Notes: generated by a model from the letters alone, not told the origin. A stretch of 32,000 nucleotides of DNA from Candidatus Saccharimonadota bacterium (GCA_049296095.1 JBAQRV010000001.1:480001-512000); one strand, 5' to 3'; shown: positions 17,929-26,555, numbered from the stretch's first letter. Program-made: numbers and translations.

Positions 17929-17965
17929 CCACCACGGGGGGTCTACATGCGACCCCCCGCGGTGG
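17929..17965 (-). terminator. GC-rich 13-bp hairpin between the high-GC gene and the 266-aa gene (no U-tract)
   Basis: The minus-strand RNA reads CCACCGCGGGGGG-UCGCAUGUAGA-CCCCCCGUGGUGG. The single non-Watson-Crick pair is G-U on the minus strand and A-C on the plus strand, which favours a role in the minus-strand transcript. The hairpin ends 9 nt before ATG 17919. Confidence 0.5.
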
Positions 17966-17981
17966 TGGTGCGGCTGTCTTG

Positions 17982-18479
17982 CTAGACGGCCACGGCGACG
18001 CGCGACTTGGCGAACGACGACTGCCAGGCCATGGTGGCCATGACGGCCTCCGTGGCGGCGACGAAGTTGTCCGTCAGCGCCGACTGCTCCCAGAGCTTGT
18101 CCTGGACGCTGCCGTCCTCGCCGAGGAGCTCGAGCTCCATGCGCGCCGTGCTGACCGACGTGGCCGCGGCGGCGAGGTTCTCGAGCTGGGCGCCGAAGTC
18201 GACGTCGGTGCCGCCGAGCTGCTCGTAGAGCGAGGCGACGGAGCCGATCTTGGACTTGGCGTCCTCGAAGTAGTCCTCGCCACGCTTCAGAAGCGCGATG
18301 GCGTCGTCGAGGCTGCCCTCAGCGAGAACCGCCATCTCGATCTTGGCGTGAGCACCGAAGTAGCACTCCGTGCCGGTGAACATGACCTGACAGAACTCCG
18401 CCAGGTCGGTGACGTACGCCTCACGGACGCCCGGCATCGGCCGATCAGTGAGAGGCGGGGGGCAGTTCTTTCCACCCAT
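17982..18479 (-). CDS. hypothetical protein (165 aa) encoded by a high-GC cassette, probably of foreign origin
   Basis: ATG 18479 has GGAGG 8 nt upstream. By my full hand translation, 152 of 165 codons end in G or C. TAG stop. Sequence MGGKNCPPPLTDRPMPGVREAYVTDLAEFCQVMFTGTECYFGAHAKIEMAVLAEG... looks mostly helical. No family recognised. Confidence 0.75.
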   Translation of the reverse strand: MGGKNCPPPLTDRPMPGVREAYVTDLAEFCQVMFTGTECYFGAHAKIEMAVLAEGSLDDAIALLKRGEDYFEDAKSKIGSVASLYEQLGGTDVDFGAQLENLAAAATSVSTARMELELLGEDGSVQDKLWEQSALTDNFVAATEAVMATMAWQSSFAKSRVAVAV

Positions 18480-18511
18480 GATGGTGACCTCCAAAGGTCT
18501 CGCGTGTTTTT

Positions 18512-18538
18512 TTAACAGGACGAAGTCCGCCCTGTTAA
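18512..18538. other. imperfect hairpin at the upstream edge of the high-GC cassette
   Basis: The plus strand reads TTAACAGGAC-GAAGT-CCGCCCTGTTAA, preceded by T7. It lies between the candidate promoter and the SD of the 165-aa gene. On the minus strand it is followed by A7, so it is not a canonical terminator for the ABC-F gene. Confidence 0.35.
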
Positions 18539-18543
18539 GTTTT

Positions 18544-18571
18544 ATAGTAATATATATGGGTGTTTTGTCAA
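18544..18571 (-). promoter_or_regulatory. candidate promoter (TTGACA-16-TACTAT) for the high-GC gene
   Basis: The minus strand has TTGACA at 18571-18566, in AT-rich native-looking sequence just after the ABC-F stop. TACTAT follows with a 16-nt spacer, or TATAAA with a 19-nt spacer. Confidence 0.35.
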
Positions 18572-18576
18572 TGATA

Positions 18577-20190
18577 TTATATGTTGATCTCGTGCGTAAT
18601 ACCCAGCGCTTCTAAGAACTCGCGATCATGAGATACCACCACAACTCCCCCCTCGTATGAAGCAATCGCACTCTCAAGAGCCTCAACGGTCGCAAGATCG
18701 AGATTATTTGTCGGTTCGTCGAGTAGCAAAAGGTTCGCCTTGTTTGCGGCAATGGAAGCCAACAACACCTTTGCTCGTTCACCACCACTAAGGTCCCGAC
18801 CTCTAGTAGTAGAAATAATGTCTTTCTTTAGGTTAAAACGTATCAATAGATTAATAGCTTCATGAACCTCGAGATGAGGTGCCATGTGCTTGATATTATC
18901 AAAGGCCGTACCATCCATTAATGGGAGGCTTTGTTCTTGGTCGATATAGATCGGATGAGCTTCCTTATTAATGGCGATTCCTCCTAATATCTCTCCGGCG
19001 CTCTTGCCAACAATCGCCCGGAGCAATGAAGACTTCCCTATACCATTCGGTCCGTTGAGTGCATACCGCTCACCCGATCGAATACTTAGCGATAGAGGGC
19101 CAGCTGTGAAGCCGTCTAGATACGTCACTGTAAGTTCATTGACGGTGAGTAGGTTTAGCTTCTTTGCATCAGCTTCTTTAAACAAGAATTTGAGTGAAAC
19201 TTCTTCCTCGGGGCGTTCTGGCTCCTCAAGTTGTCCCGCGCGACTCTCGATACTCTGCGCAGCACGAGCAAGGCCGCTCGCCGCCTTTTCTGCCCGAAAG
19301 TTCGCTGTTGACTTGTCATTATCTGGTGCTTTTCGCCTACCCGAAGAGGCTCCGTTGGCACGAATGCTGGCGTCACGAGCAACTTTCTTTAAGCGCTTCT
19401 TTTCAGTCTCGTATTGATCATATCGTTTTACGACCGCAGCGCGATCCGCCTGACGGCTCTCCATATATTCGTCGTAGCCTAGCCCATACTGCTCAACACC
19501 CCTATCTTCACCCAGTAACTCGACAATGCGGTTAGTAGCGTTGCGCAGGAAACGACGATCGTGAGAAACCATCACAAATGCGCCCTTAGCTGTATCGATG
19601 AACCCTTCGAGAGCCTCAATACCCTTGCTGTCTAGATTATTCGTCGGTTCATCGAGCAAGACAACATCTTGTTGCGAGGCGAAGATTCCCGCTAGGGCAA
19701 TTCGAGTTCGCTGACCTCCCGAGAAGTGCTTGAGAGGACTAGTAACATCAATACCCTCCATATCAGCCGCTGCGAGAGCCTTCTCTATTTTGCTTTCAAA
19801 TCCTGGCACATCGTACTTCTCGTATTTTTCGAGGGCGTCAGCATAAAAGGCGAGCACTGTATCGCTCGTACTGTCTTGGAGCATTCGACAAGCCTCGTCA
19901 AAATCTTCACGGGCCTGTTGGACCCCAGTCACTGATTCAAGGAAATCGTAGACAGGTTTGTCGAGCCAGCCCCCAAGATCTTGAGGCATAAGTCCCACTT
20001 CGGTATCATTCCCGACTATCTCTCCCTGAGTAGGCTCAAGATCACCTGAAAGCAAATGGAGCAAGGTTGTCTTTCCGACGCCGTTTTTGCCTACCAACCC
20101 TAGCCGATCGCCCTTGTTAATGGCAAAAGAAACGTTACGAAAGACCTCATGGCCCGCAGTTTCATATCCAATATTTTTTACGCTCAACAT
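18577..20190 (-). CDS. ABC-F family ATPase (translation-associated, no membrane domain)
   Basis: Two ABC cassettes with Walker A GKNGVGKTT and GPNGIGKSS and signatures LSGGQRTR and LSGGERAK. A charged Arg/Lys/Glu-rich inter-domain linker. No TM segments. Confidence 0.9.
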   Translation of the reverse strand: MLSVKNIGYETAGHEVFRNVSFAINKGDRLGLVGKNGVGKTTLLHLLSGDLEPTQGEIVGNDTEVGLMPQDLGGWLDKPVYDFLESVTGVQQAREDFDEACRMLQDSTSDTVLAFYADALEKYEKYDVPGFESKIEKALAAADMEGIDVTSPLKHFSGGQRTRIALAGIFASQQDVVLLDEPTNNLDSKGIEALEGFIDTAKGAFVMVSHDRRFLRNATNRIVELLGEDRGVEQYGLGYDEYMESRQADRAAVVKRYDQYETEKKRLKKVARDASIRANGASSGRRKAPDNDKSTANFRAEKAASGLARAAQSIESRAGQLEEPERPEEEVSLKFLFKEADAKKLNLLTVNELTVTYLDGFTAGPLSLSIRSGERYALNGPNGIGKSSLLRAIVGKSAGEILGGIAINKEAHPIYIDQEQSLPLMDGTAFDNIKHMAPHLEVHEAINLLIRFNLKKDIISTTRGRDLSGGERAKVLLASIAANKANLLLLDEPTNNLDLATVEALESAIASYEGGVVVVSHDREFLEALGITHEINI

Positions 20191-20231
20191 CTATATCTCT
20201 CAAATTTATTAACAAATTAACACTTTTTACA

Positions 20232-20240
20232 ATTATAACA
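20232..20240 (-). promoter_or_regulatory. extended -10 element (TGTTATAAT) for the ABC-F gene
   Basis: The minus strand reads TGTTATAAT about 41 nt upstream of ATG 20190, with GAGAGA near the start codon. Confidence 0.4.
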
Positions 20241-20327
20241 TAAAAGAAGAATCTTGCTATTCACCAGACCTCTACCAAATGTATGCAGTGGTCTCAATAG
20301 AAAATTCTCAATCAACAACTCAAATCT

Positions 20328-20417
20328 TGGCGGAGAGAACGAGATTCGAACTCGTGGTAACATTGCTGCCACACACGCTTTCCAAGCGTGCGCCTTCAAC
20401 CACTCGGCCACCTCTCC
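20328..20417 (-). tRNA. tRNA-Ser (anticodon GGA), CCA encoded
   Basis: The minus strand reads GGAGAGGTGGCCGAGTGGTTGAAGGCGCACGCTTGGAAAGCGTGTGTGGCAGCAATGTTACCACGAGTTCGAATCTCGTTCTCTCCGCCA. It has a 7-bp acceptor stem, the anticodon stem CACGC/GCGTG with loop TTGGAAA, a long variable arm, and the T-loop TTCGAAT. Confidence 0.93.
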
Positions 20418-20500
20418 GTACAGGCACTTAGTATACTATTGTCATTTCCACGCCACAAATACAGTTGCCCCGGCGCGTACAGACTCGCATAATAAAGACA

Positions 20501-21271
20501 ATGCCAAAGACAAAAACCCCACCAGTTATTGTTCTCGCCGATCTTAAAAAGCGGTTCGGCATCGGTGACGCCGAGCACTTCGCTATAGACGGTATCAACC
20601 TCACTATTAAGAGGGGTGAATTCATCGCCATTATGGGTCCCAGTGGTTGTGGTAAAACAACCTTACTTAATATCTTGGGGCTCCTCGATAATGATGTCGA
20701 GGGTGAATACGAACTCGATGGCCGCCGCGTCTCGACGCTCAGTTCACGCAAACAAGCACGTATTCGCAGTCAGCAAATTGGCTTTGTCTTTCAGAGCTTT
20801 AATCTTGTGAATCGACTCAACGTTATCGAGAACGTCGCCCTACCACTCACCTACAAAGGACTTCCTCGTCTCGCCCGACTCAAGCAGGCTAGTAACATAC
20901 TTCAGAATTTCCACCTCAGTGAACGTGAGTATTACATGCCCCACCAACTGTCCGGTGGACAAACCCAACGCGTGGCCATTGCGCGAGCACTCGTCAATGA
21001 ACCGTCAATTATTCTCGCTGATGAGCCGACCGGCAACCTCGACTCGCACGCTAGTCATATTATTATGGAGGAATTATCTGACCTCCATAAACGCGGCAAC
21101 ACTATCATTATGGTGACGCACAATCCCCGACTGACTACCTATGCCAGTCGCGTCATCACTATGCTTGATGGACAAATCGATACCGATACCCAGACACCGA
21201 CACCAAAATCCAAACAACCCTCAAAGCGGGCTCTCGGCGCCAAACGTAAAAAAGCAAAGGCCAAACCATAA
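20501..21271 (+). CDS. ABC transporter ATP-binding protein (MacB/LolD/FtsE-like)
   Basis: Walker [10 protein letters not shown], signature LSGGQTQR, Walker [15 protein letters not shown] 20501 is preferred, with CATAAT 7 nt upstream. Lys-rich C-terminal tail. TAATG overlap with the permease gene. Confidence 0.9.
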   Translation: MPKTKTPPVIVLADLKKRFGIGDAEHFAIDGINLTIKRGEFIAIMGPSGCGKTTLLNILGLLDNDVEGEYELDGRRVSTLSSRKQARIRSQQIGFVFQSFNLVNRLNVIENVALPLTYKGLPRLARLKQASNILQNFHLSEREYYMPHQLSGGQTQRVAIARALVNEPSIILADEPTGNLDSHASHIIMEELSDLHKRGNTIIMVTHNPRLTTYASRVITMLDGQIDTDTQTPTPKSKQPSKRALGAKRKKAKAKP

Positions 21272-22503
21272 TGCGCCTTCTCGTTATTAATCATCTCCAA
21301 AATGCCCGCCAATCGCTGCGAAGTAATCGAATGCGCAGCGGTCTGACCATGCTCGGCATTACGATTGGTGTTGCGAGCATTACAACAATCTTAGCCCTCA
21401 GCGGTGGTGCCAGCAAAATCGTCAGTGATCAGGTCGACGCCCTCGGCGGTAATATTGCCGTTATTCGTCCCGGCCTGATATCAGACAGTCCATTCGAGGA
21501 TCTGTCTCAACTCCCCGCTCAGCAAAACTTTTCAGCCAGTACAATTACCGAAACTGACCTGGCCTACATTCAGCAAGTTCCTCACGTCGCGGCGGCAGCA
21601 CCACTCATGATTCTGACCGGTGCAATCAAAGCCGCCAATACTGCACCCGCCAACTCAACCATTATTGCAACCACGCCCGAACTTGCGACGATTAATAATC
21701 TCGAGATTCGTACTGGTCAATTCCTCGACCCGAGGCTCAATCCAAATACTGCCGTCATAGGTCCACAGCTCTCCGTCGATATCTTTGGTACCGAAGAATC
21801 GATCGGCAAGACCATGAACATCCGCGGCCAGCAATTCACCGTCATTGGCATCCTAAAACGCACCAACAACCCGATCAACTACAATGGCGTCGATTTCGAT
21901 AAGTCGGTCATCATTAATATCGACAGTGGCCGCGTCATGAACCAGGGCATCCTCCAAATCCAACAAATCAACATTCAAAGTGATTCAGTCGCGAGTCTTG
22001 ACCAGGTCATTATCGATATTAACAAAACTCTTTTAAAAACTCATTTAGGCGAAGTGGATTTCACCGTTCTTTCAGGCGAACAGATCGCTCAACCGACTAA
22101 TCGTCTTTTCTACGCCATTGCTGGCGCCACTGCAGCTATTGCGGCAATCTCACTATTCGTTGGTGGGATTGGGATTATGAATATCATGCTCGTCAGCGTC
22201 GCTGAACGAACTCGCGAGATCGGCATTCGTAAAGCCCTGGGAGCTAGCAACGGTGACATTGTCGCTCAGTTCCTGATAGAGTCGCTCGCTCTCAGTATCG
22301 GTGGTGGTATTGTCGGCTACGTCCTCGGGTATCTGTTAGCCTTCGGGATCAGCACCTTCCTGACGTTCGACCCGATCTTTACTTGGGAAATCGCCGCTAT
22401 ATCGATGGGGGTCTCACTCATTATAGGAACCCTGTTCGGACTCTATCCTGCAATTCGCGCAGCCAGGAAAGACCCTATCTCTGCACTTCGCCAATACGAT
22501 TAA
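21271..22503 (+). CDS. ABC transporter permease, MacB/FtsX family
   Basis: N-terminal TM, a large periplasmic-type domain, and a C-terminal FtsX domain (SVAERTREIGIRKALGAS plus three hydrophobic spans). Translationally coupled to the ATPase gene. Confidence 0.9.
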   Translation: MRLLVINHLQNARQSLRSNRMRSGLTMLGITIGVASITTILALSGGASKIVSDQVDALGGNIAVIRPGLISDSPFEDLSQLPAQQNFSASTITETDLAYIQQVPHVAAAAPLMILTGAIKAANTAPANSTIIATTPELATINNLEIRTGQFLDPRLNPNTAVIGPQLSVDIFGTEESIGKTMNIRGQQFTVIGILKRTNNPINYNGVDFDKSVIINIDSGRVMNQGILQIQQINIQSDSVASLDQVIIDINKTLLKTHLGEVDFTVLSGEQIAQPTNRLFYAIAGATAAIAAISLFVGGIGIMNIMLVSVAERTREIGIRKALGASNGDIVAQFLIESLALSIGGGIVGYVLGYLLAFGISTFLTFDPIFTWEIAAISMGVSLIIGTLFGLYPAIRAARKDPISALRQYD

Positions 22504-23546
22504 ATGAGTTCGCGCTTCAACTTTTCAACCAGATCAACTGGTGTTGGGTCGACACCATTCAAAATAGCAACATAGATACTGACAAAATCCGCCAGGATCG
22601 TCCCCCACAATAATTGCGCCAATACTGTGTCACCTTTCAGATGTACCGTCGTTGCCTTTGGTCGTTTACCGCTTAATAATTTATCCGAAATCTTAAATCG
22701 CTTTAAAATCTGTGGATGCTCGAATGAACTGACGAGATCAAAGATAACAAACGGTTTCTCGATCGGGTGTGAGGTCCAGCCAATAAATTCATTGTGATTA
22801 AATTCGGGATATTCATTCCAAAACGCTACATTCTTGGCATTTTCATTCCAACTAATCTTCCACTTATATGCCAACGGAGCGGTCAGCGCACCACCATAGA
22901 TGACAGGGATCTTACCAACTGCTCGTTCGGCCAGTTGTTTAGCATAATTCTCACGAATTGGCACATCTGCTTGCCAGTGAGTACTCTCGCGCCCGAGCCA
23001 CCCAGACAGTTCGGCGATTTCTCGCTGTTTACCATGGATCACTCCAAAGTTCTCGAGTAGTGCCACCAACGCTTGTAGGTTATAGATTACCGTCATCCTC
23101 GGTTGGATACCCGTCGGTAGCGCAACGTGGGCAACATCATAGCCGGTCGCAATATCGATCAACTTTCCACCCGAAGCAATAATGGCCAATTGTGCTTCGC
23201 AGTGTTCAGCCTGCTCTAATGCACTTAAAGTTTCTTCAGTATTACCCGAGTAGCTCGTCGCGATCACCAACGTATGACGACCAACCCACGAAGGTAGTTC
23301 GTACCCGCGAATAATCTCAAAAGGAATCTTGATGACGTCCTTGAGCCATACCTTTGCCAGCAACGCTGCCAGCGGTGATCCTCCCATGCCTGTTACGACA
23401 ATTCCGGTAATCTCACGGTCATCATGCTCTTTGTTCCATACGGTCGTCTCAAATACTGCCTGTTCAAACTGCTCGGCAGCCACAGTCAAGGCCCCTTCCG
23501 GATCCTTCTGCGCCAACACGTTAGCATTGTCTAATACGTCGCTCAC
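22500..23546 (-). CDS. bifunctional phosphoglucose/phosphomannose isomerase (SIS-domain family)
   Basis: SIS motifs VVTGMGGS and SYSGNTEET. About 350 aa, typical of the PGI/PMI family. GTG start at 23546. Confidence 0.8.
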   Translation of the reverse strand: MSDVLDNANVLAQKDPEGALTVAAEQFEQAVFETTVWNKEHDDREITGIVVTGMGGSPLAALLAKVWLKDVIKIPFEIIRGYELPSWVGRHTLVIATSYSGNTEETLSALEQAEHCEAQLAIIASGGKLIDIATGYDVAHVALPTGIQPRMTVIYNLQALVALLENFGVIHGKQREIAELSGWLGRESTHWQADVPIRENYAKQLAERAVGKIPVIYGGALTAPLAYKWKISWNENAKNVAFWNEYPEFNHNEFIGWTSHPIEKPFVIFDLVSSFEHPQILKRFKISDKLLSGKRPKATTVHLKGDTVLAQLLWGTILADFVSIYVAILNGVDPTPVDLVEKLKRELI

Positions 23547-23620
23547 AAGCCTTGCCCACTCATATAAATCTATGATACAGTATTTTTAAACGAAGCATAA
23601 GTAGTATTGAAGAGGTGGGC

Positions 23621-24106
23621 ATGGATATAACTCCGCAAGCAACGACGCAACAACCGATTAGTGATGACCAAGAGCTCGCAAAAGCCCTCGCTGGCGTCAT
23701 GCCCGATGCGCCCGAAGAACCTACTCCAGCTCCAGTGCAAACTCCAACACCAGAACCAGTTTCGACAGTTCCACCAATGCAGTTCGAAGAGACCCCAGTT
23801 GCCCCTGCAGTTATACCGACACCGACAAACCAGGCCGCTCCTGTTTCTTCTGACCTCGACACTATCAAGAAAGATGCTCTCGGCGAGCTTCGTCCACTCA
23901 TCGACAAAGTTGAACTCCCTGCAGAAGAAAAGTTTGATACATACCTCATGTTAATCCGTAGCACAGATGACAGCTCTCTCATTGGCCCAGCCCACGCTGC
24001 CGCCCAAGGTATTGCCGACGAAAAGCGCCGCGCTGAAGCGCTGCTCGATATCATTAAAGAGATCGACTACCTCTCGCACGGTAATCAACCGACTGCGACA
24101 AAATAA
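23621..24106 (+). CDS. hypothetical protein (161 aa), Pro/Thr-rich N-terminal half
   Basis: ATG 23621 has AGAGG 5 nt upstream. A rho-independent terminator follows. No family recognised. Confidence 0.55.
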   Translation: MDITPQATTQQPISDDQELAKALAGVMPDAPEEPTPAPVQTPTPEPVSTVPPMQFEETPVAPAVIPTPTNQAAPVSSDLDTIKKDALGELRPLIDKVELPAEEKFDTYLMLIRSTDDSSLIGPAHAAAQGIADEKRRAEALLDIIKEIDYLSHGNQPTATK

Positions 24107-24114
24107 CACATCTC

Positions 24115-24142
24115 CCCGACTCCTCGCAGTCGGGTATTTTTT
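24115..24142 (+). terminator. rho-independent terminator
   Basis: CCCGACT-CCTCGC-AGTCGGG (7-bp stem) followed by TATTTTTT, 9 nt after the stop of the 23621 gene. Confidence 0.7.
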
Positions 24143-24159
24143 ACGTTACAATAAAAGCC

Positions 24160-25194
24160 ATGTCTGTACGCTTTGCTACCCCAGCTGAAATCGCCCGTTG
24201 GAACGAACTGATTCTTTCCAATCCAGACGGCGGTAATGTTTTTTCGAGCTACGAATACGCTCAACAAAAACTTCTCGGCGGCTACAAAGTACACTTTCTC
24301 ATCGTCGATAAGTTGGCTGTGACCGTTTTGGAAAAGTCGACTCCACCACTCGGAAAACTCTGGTATCTCCCAAAAGGCCCAAATGTGACCAGTTCAAAAG
24401 CACTGCTTGATACCTTGAAGCATTTAAAATCCTTTGCAGCGGAGCGCGGTGTCTTTGTTGTCCGCATTGAATCCGAACTCGACCGCTCCGACCGGCCAAC
24501 ACTCGCACGACACGGCTTGAAAAAGGCCGCGCCAATTATCCCCAACCCTTCAACCATTACTCTCGATATCTCACCCAAGCTCGACGACCTTCTGATGAGC
24601 CTCCCCCAAAAGGGTCGCCACGCTATTCGGCGAGCCGAACGTGACGGTGTCACAGTCGCCAAGGTCGAAGCATCCGACAAGAATTGTCGCACTATGTACA
24701 AGCTCCTCAGCGAAACAGCCGAGGGTCAGTTTGGTATCCGTAGTTATAATTACTACAAAACATTTTGGCAGCGCTTTGAAAAAAGCGGCCTCGGACAGCT
24801 TTTCTTTGCCTCGTACGAAGGTAAGGTTGTGGCTGGAGCTTACGCAATGGTCTACGGCAAAAAAAGCACCTACAAAGACGGTGCGTCTGTTCGCAAACGA
24901 ACTGCCTACGGTGCTAGCCATCTTCTCCAATGGCACGTTATCGAGTGGGCAAAATCTGAGGGCGCACTCATCCATGACTTTTGTGGCTCACCTCCAAGCG
25001 ACGAAATCGATGACCCAAAACATCCTCACCACGGTGTTGGTCTATTCAAGATGGCTTTTAGTAAACACGTAGTCGATTTTATTGGCTGCTATGACTATGT
25101 CCTCAGTCCTATTCGTTACGCGATGTGGACAAAATTAGGCGAACGCGTCCATCGCCACTACTACTACAAACGTACCAAAGACTACTACTACTAG
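24160..25194 (+). CDS. FemAB-family peptidoglycan interpeptide-bridge aminoacyltransferase (paralog 1)
   Basis: About 340 aa with a two-GNAT-lobe FemX/FemAB-like pattern (WYLPKGP, RHAIRRAERDGV, TYKDGAS..., HLLQWHVIEWAKSEG). TACAAT lies 7 nt upstream of the ATG. Confidence 0.8.
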   Translation: MSVRFATPAEIARWNELILSNPDGGNVFSSYEYAQQKLLGGYKVHFLIVDKLAVTVLEKSTPPLGKLWYLPKGPNVTSSKALLDTLKHLKSFAAERGVFVVRIESELDRSDRPTLARHGLKKAAPIIPNPSTITLDISPKLDDLLMSLPQKGRHAIRRAERDGVTVAKVEASDKNCRTMYKLLSETAEGQFGIRSYNYYKTFWQRFEKSGLGQLFFASYEGKVVAGAYAMVYGKKSTYKDGASVRKRTAYGASHLLQWHVIEWAKSEGALIHDFCGSPPSDEIDDPKHPHHGVGLFKMAFSKHVVDFIGCYDYVLSPIRYAMWTKLGERVHRHYYYKRTKDYYY

Positions 25195-25201
25195 GGCGTT
25201 A

Positions 25202-26509
25202 CTAACGCTGCTGTTTCATCGCTTGCAAGGCAGCCCTGGCAACTTCGGCCTCATTCCATGGATAAATGCCGTCTGCGCGCTCAATCGTCAACTCATGACC
25301 CTTACCTAACAGCACCACGACATCGTCAGGACTCTTCGCCTGCGCCATCGCAAAGCCAATCGCCTCTTCGCGATTCAGTATCAAGAACAAGTCCTTGCCT
25401 TCTTTCTTCCCAGCCTTTTTGGCACCACTAGCGATCTGTTGTAGGATTTCATTGCCATCGACGTCGCGGTCATCTTCCTCGGTCACGATAACAATGTCTG
25501 CATTCTTTGCTGCAATCCGTCCTTGGATTGCTCGCTTGGACTCATCGCGACGACCAGCCGAACCAAACACAGCAATCAGCTTACCTTTCGTTAGTGGGCG
25601 AACACTCTCAAAGAACTTCTCAAACCCATCAGGCGTACTGGCGAAGTCAACAATCACCGTAAACTTTTGGCCCTCGTCGATTGCATTCATGCGCCCTTCG
25701 ACACCACCTAATGCAGCGATGCCTTGCTCAATCTGTACCTTCGTAAGCCCCAATTTTCTTCCTACTGCGATAGCTGCCAGGCTATTACTGACGTTGAATT
25801 CACCGGGTATATTAACGCGAATATCGTAACTGTCGTTATCAATAGTTGCTCGATAGGTAGAGTGGTCACTCTCCAGTTGCACCTTCTCTGCCGATAATTC
25901 ACCCGTCCCTATTCCATACGTTGTTGAATGCGCAACAGTCTTGACGAACTTTTTAGCACTCGGGTCTTGGGCATTTACTACTCCAAAACGTAACCCATGT
26001 TTATTTGCAATCTTGAACAAACGTCGCTTGGCTTCGACATATCTTTTGAATGTCCCGTGATAATCAAGGTGTTCATGAGTGATATTTGTCATCACCGCTA
26101 CCTCGTAGGGTAGTCCCCACACTCGATGTTGCGCTAACGCGTGACTCGAAGTTTCTACCACTACCCATTCAACACCTACTCGTTCGAAATCTCTGAGTCG
26201 TCGCTGCAAAATACCCGACTGAGCAGTCGTAATATGTTCAGACTGAGGAATAATGTCACCGCCGACTCCGTTTGCCACCGTCGTCATCAGTCCAACCTTA
26301 ATACCTGCCTCGTGAAGCATCCGCTGAATCATAAAAGAAGTCGTCGTCTTACCATTAGTCCCTGTAACGCCGATAATGCGCATCTTGCGAGCCGGGAACC
26401 CGTATCGAACATTGGCCAGAACCGCCTCAGCAAGATGACCGATCGGTTCAATCTTTTTAAATAATTGCGTCGGTACCAACTTCTTAACCACTTTTCGTAT
26501 ATTCGCCAT
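25202..26509 (-). CDS. murE: Mur ligase family protein, MurE-like UDP-MurNAc-dipeptide amino acid ligase
   Basis: Motifs IIGVTGTNGKTTT, TNITHEHLDYH and FGSAGRRDESKR. Short N-terminal domain. The amino-acid specificity motif is not canonical (TEEDDRD where DNPR is expected). Confidence 0.8.
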   Translation of the reverse strand: MANIRKVVKKLVPTQLFKKIEPIGHLAEAVLANVRYGFPARKMRIIGVTGTNGKTTTSFMIQRMLHEAGIKVGLMTTVANGVGGDIIPQSEHITTAQSGILQRRLRDFERVGVEWVVVETSSHALAQHRVWGLPYEVAVMTNITHEHLDYHGTFKRYVEAKRRLFKIANKHGLRFGVVNAQDPSAKKFVKTVAHSTTYGIGTGELSAEKVQLESDHSTYRATIDNDSYDIRVNIPGEFNVSNSLAAIAVGRKLGLTKVQIEQGIAALGGVEGRMNAIDEGQKFTVIVDFASTPDGFEKFFESVRPLTKGKLIAVFGSAGRRDESKRAIQGRIAAKNADIVIVTEEDDRDVDGNEILQQIASGAKKAGKKEGKDLFLILNREEAIGFAMAQAKSPDDVVVLLGKGHELTIERADGIYPWNEAEVARAALQAMKQQR

Positions 26510-26515
26510 ATAGCC

Positions 26516-26521
26516 ATTATA
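26516..26521 (-). promoter_or_regulatory. -10 element (TATAAT), leaderless-type promoter for the murE-like gene
   Basis: The minus strand reads TATAAT-GGCTAT-ATG (ATG at 26509). Confidence 0.4.
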
Positions 26522-26555
26522 CCTAGTGACAGCCGCGACGCACCTAAATCAATCT

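Noticed and set aside
17926-18506. High-GC segment as an assembly chimera or contaminant read-through
   Set aside because: Not fully excluded. A simple contig chimera would switch composition once, whereas here native-composition sequence resumes on both sides within 0.6 kb. The gene also sits in a sensible intergenic position, with a promoter-like element and an SD. This needs read-level confirmation.
17979-18515. Plus-strand 178-aa ORF and several nested 62-73-aa ORFs on both strands inside the high-GC segment
   Set aside because: Long stop-free frames are expected by chance in sequence this G+C-rich. These translations are Arg/Gly/Leu/Ser-rich low-complexity strings. Only the minus-strand frame 18479..17982 shows G/C third positions (152 of 165 codons) and has an SD.
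18512-18538. Hairpin as the intrinsic terminator of the ABC-F gene
   Set aside because: On the ABC-F (minus) strand the stem is followed by A7, not a U-tract. The stem is imperfect (6 bp, a mismatch, then 2 bp). It is kept only as a structural feature at the cassette edge.
20260-20300. Possible terminator hairpin downstream of tRNA-Ser
   Set aside because: Only a 5-bp AGACC/GGTCT stem with a long loop can be drawn, which is too weak to call.
20217-20751. ORFs of 60-107 aa overlapping the tRNA-Ser gene and the 5' end of the ABC ATPase gene
   Set aside because: They overlap a well-folding tRNA or run antisense to a confident ABC ATPase CDS. They show no SD and no recognisable motifs.
23560-24054. 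Minus-strand 164-aa ORF antisense to the 23621-24106 gene
   Set aside because: Its translation is Ser/Ala/Gly-rich low complexity. The plus-strand gene has an SD and is followed by a clear rho-independent terminator, so the minus-strand frame is taken as a shadow ORF.
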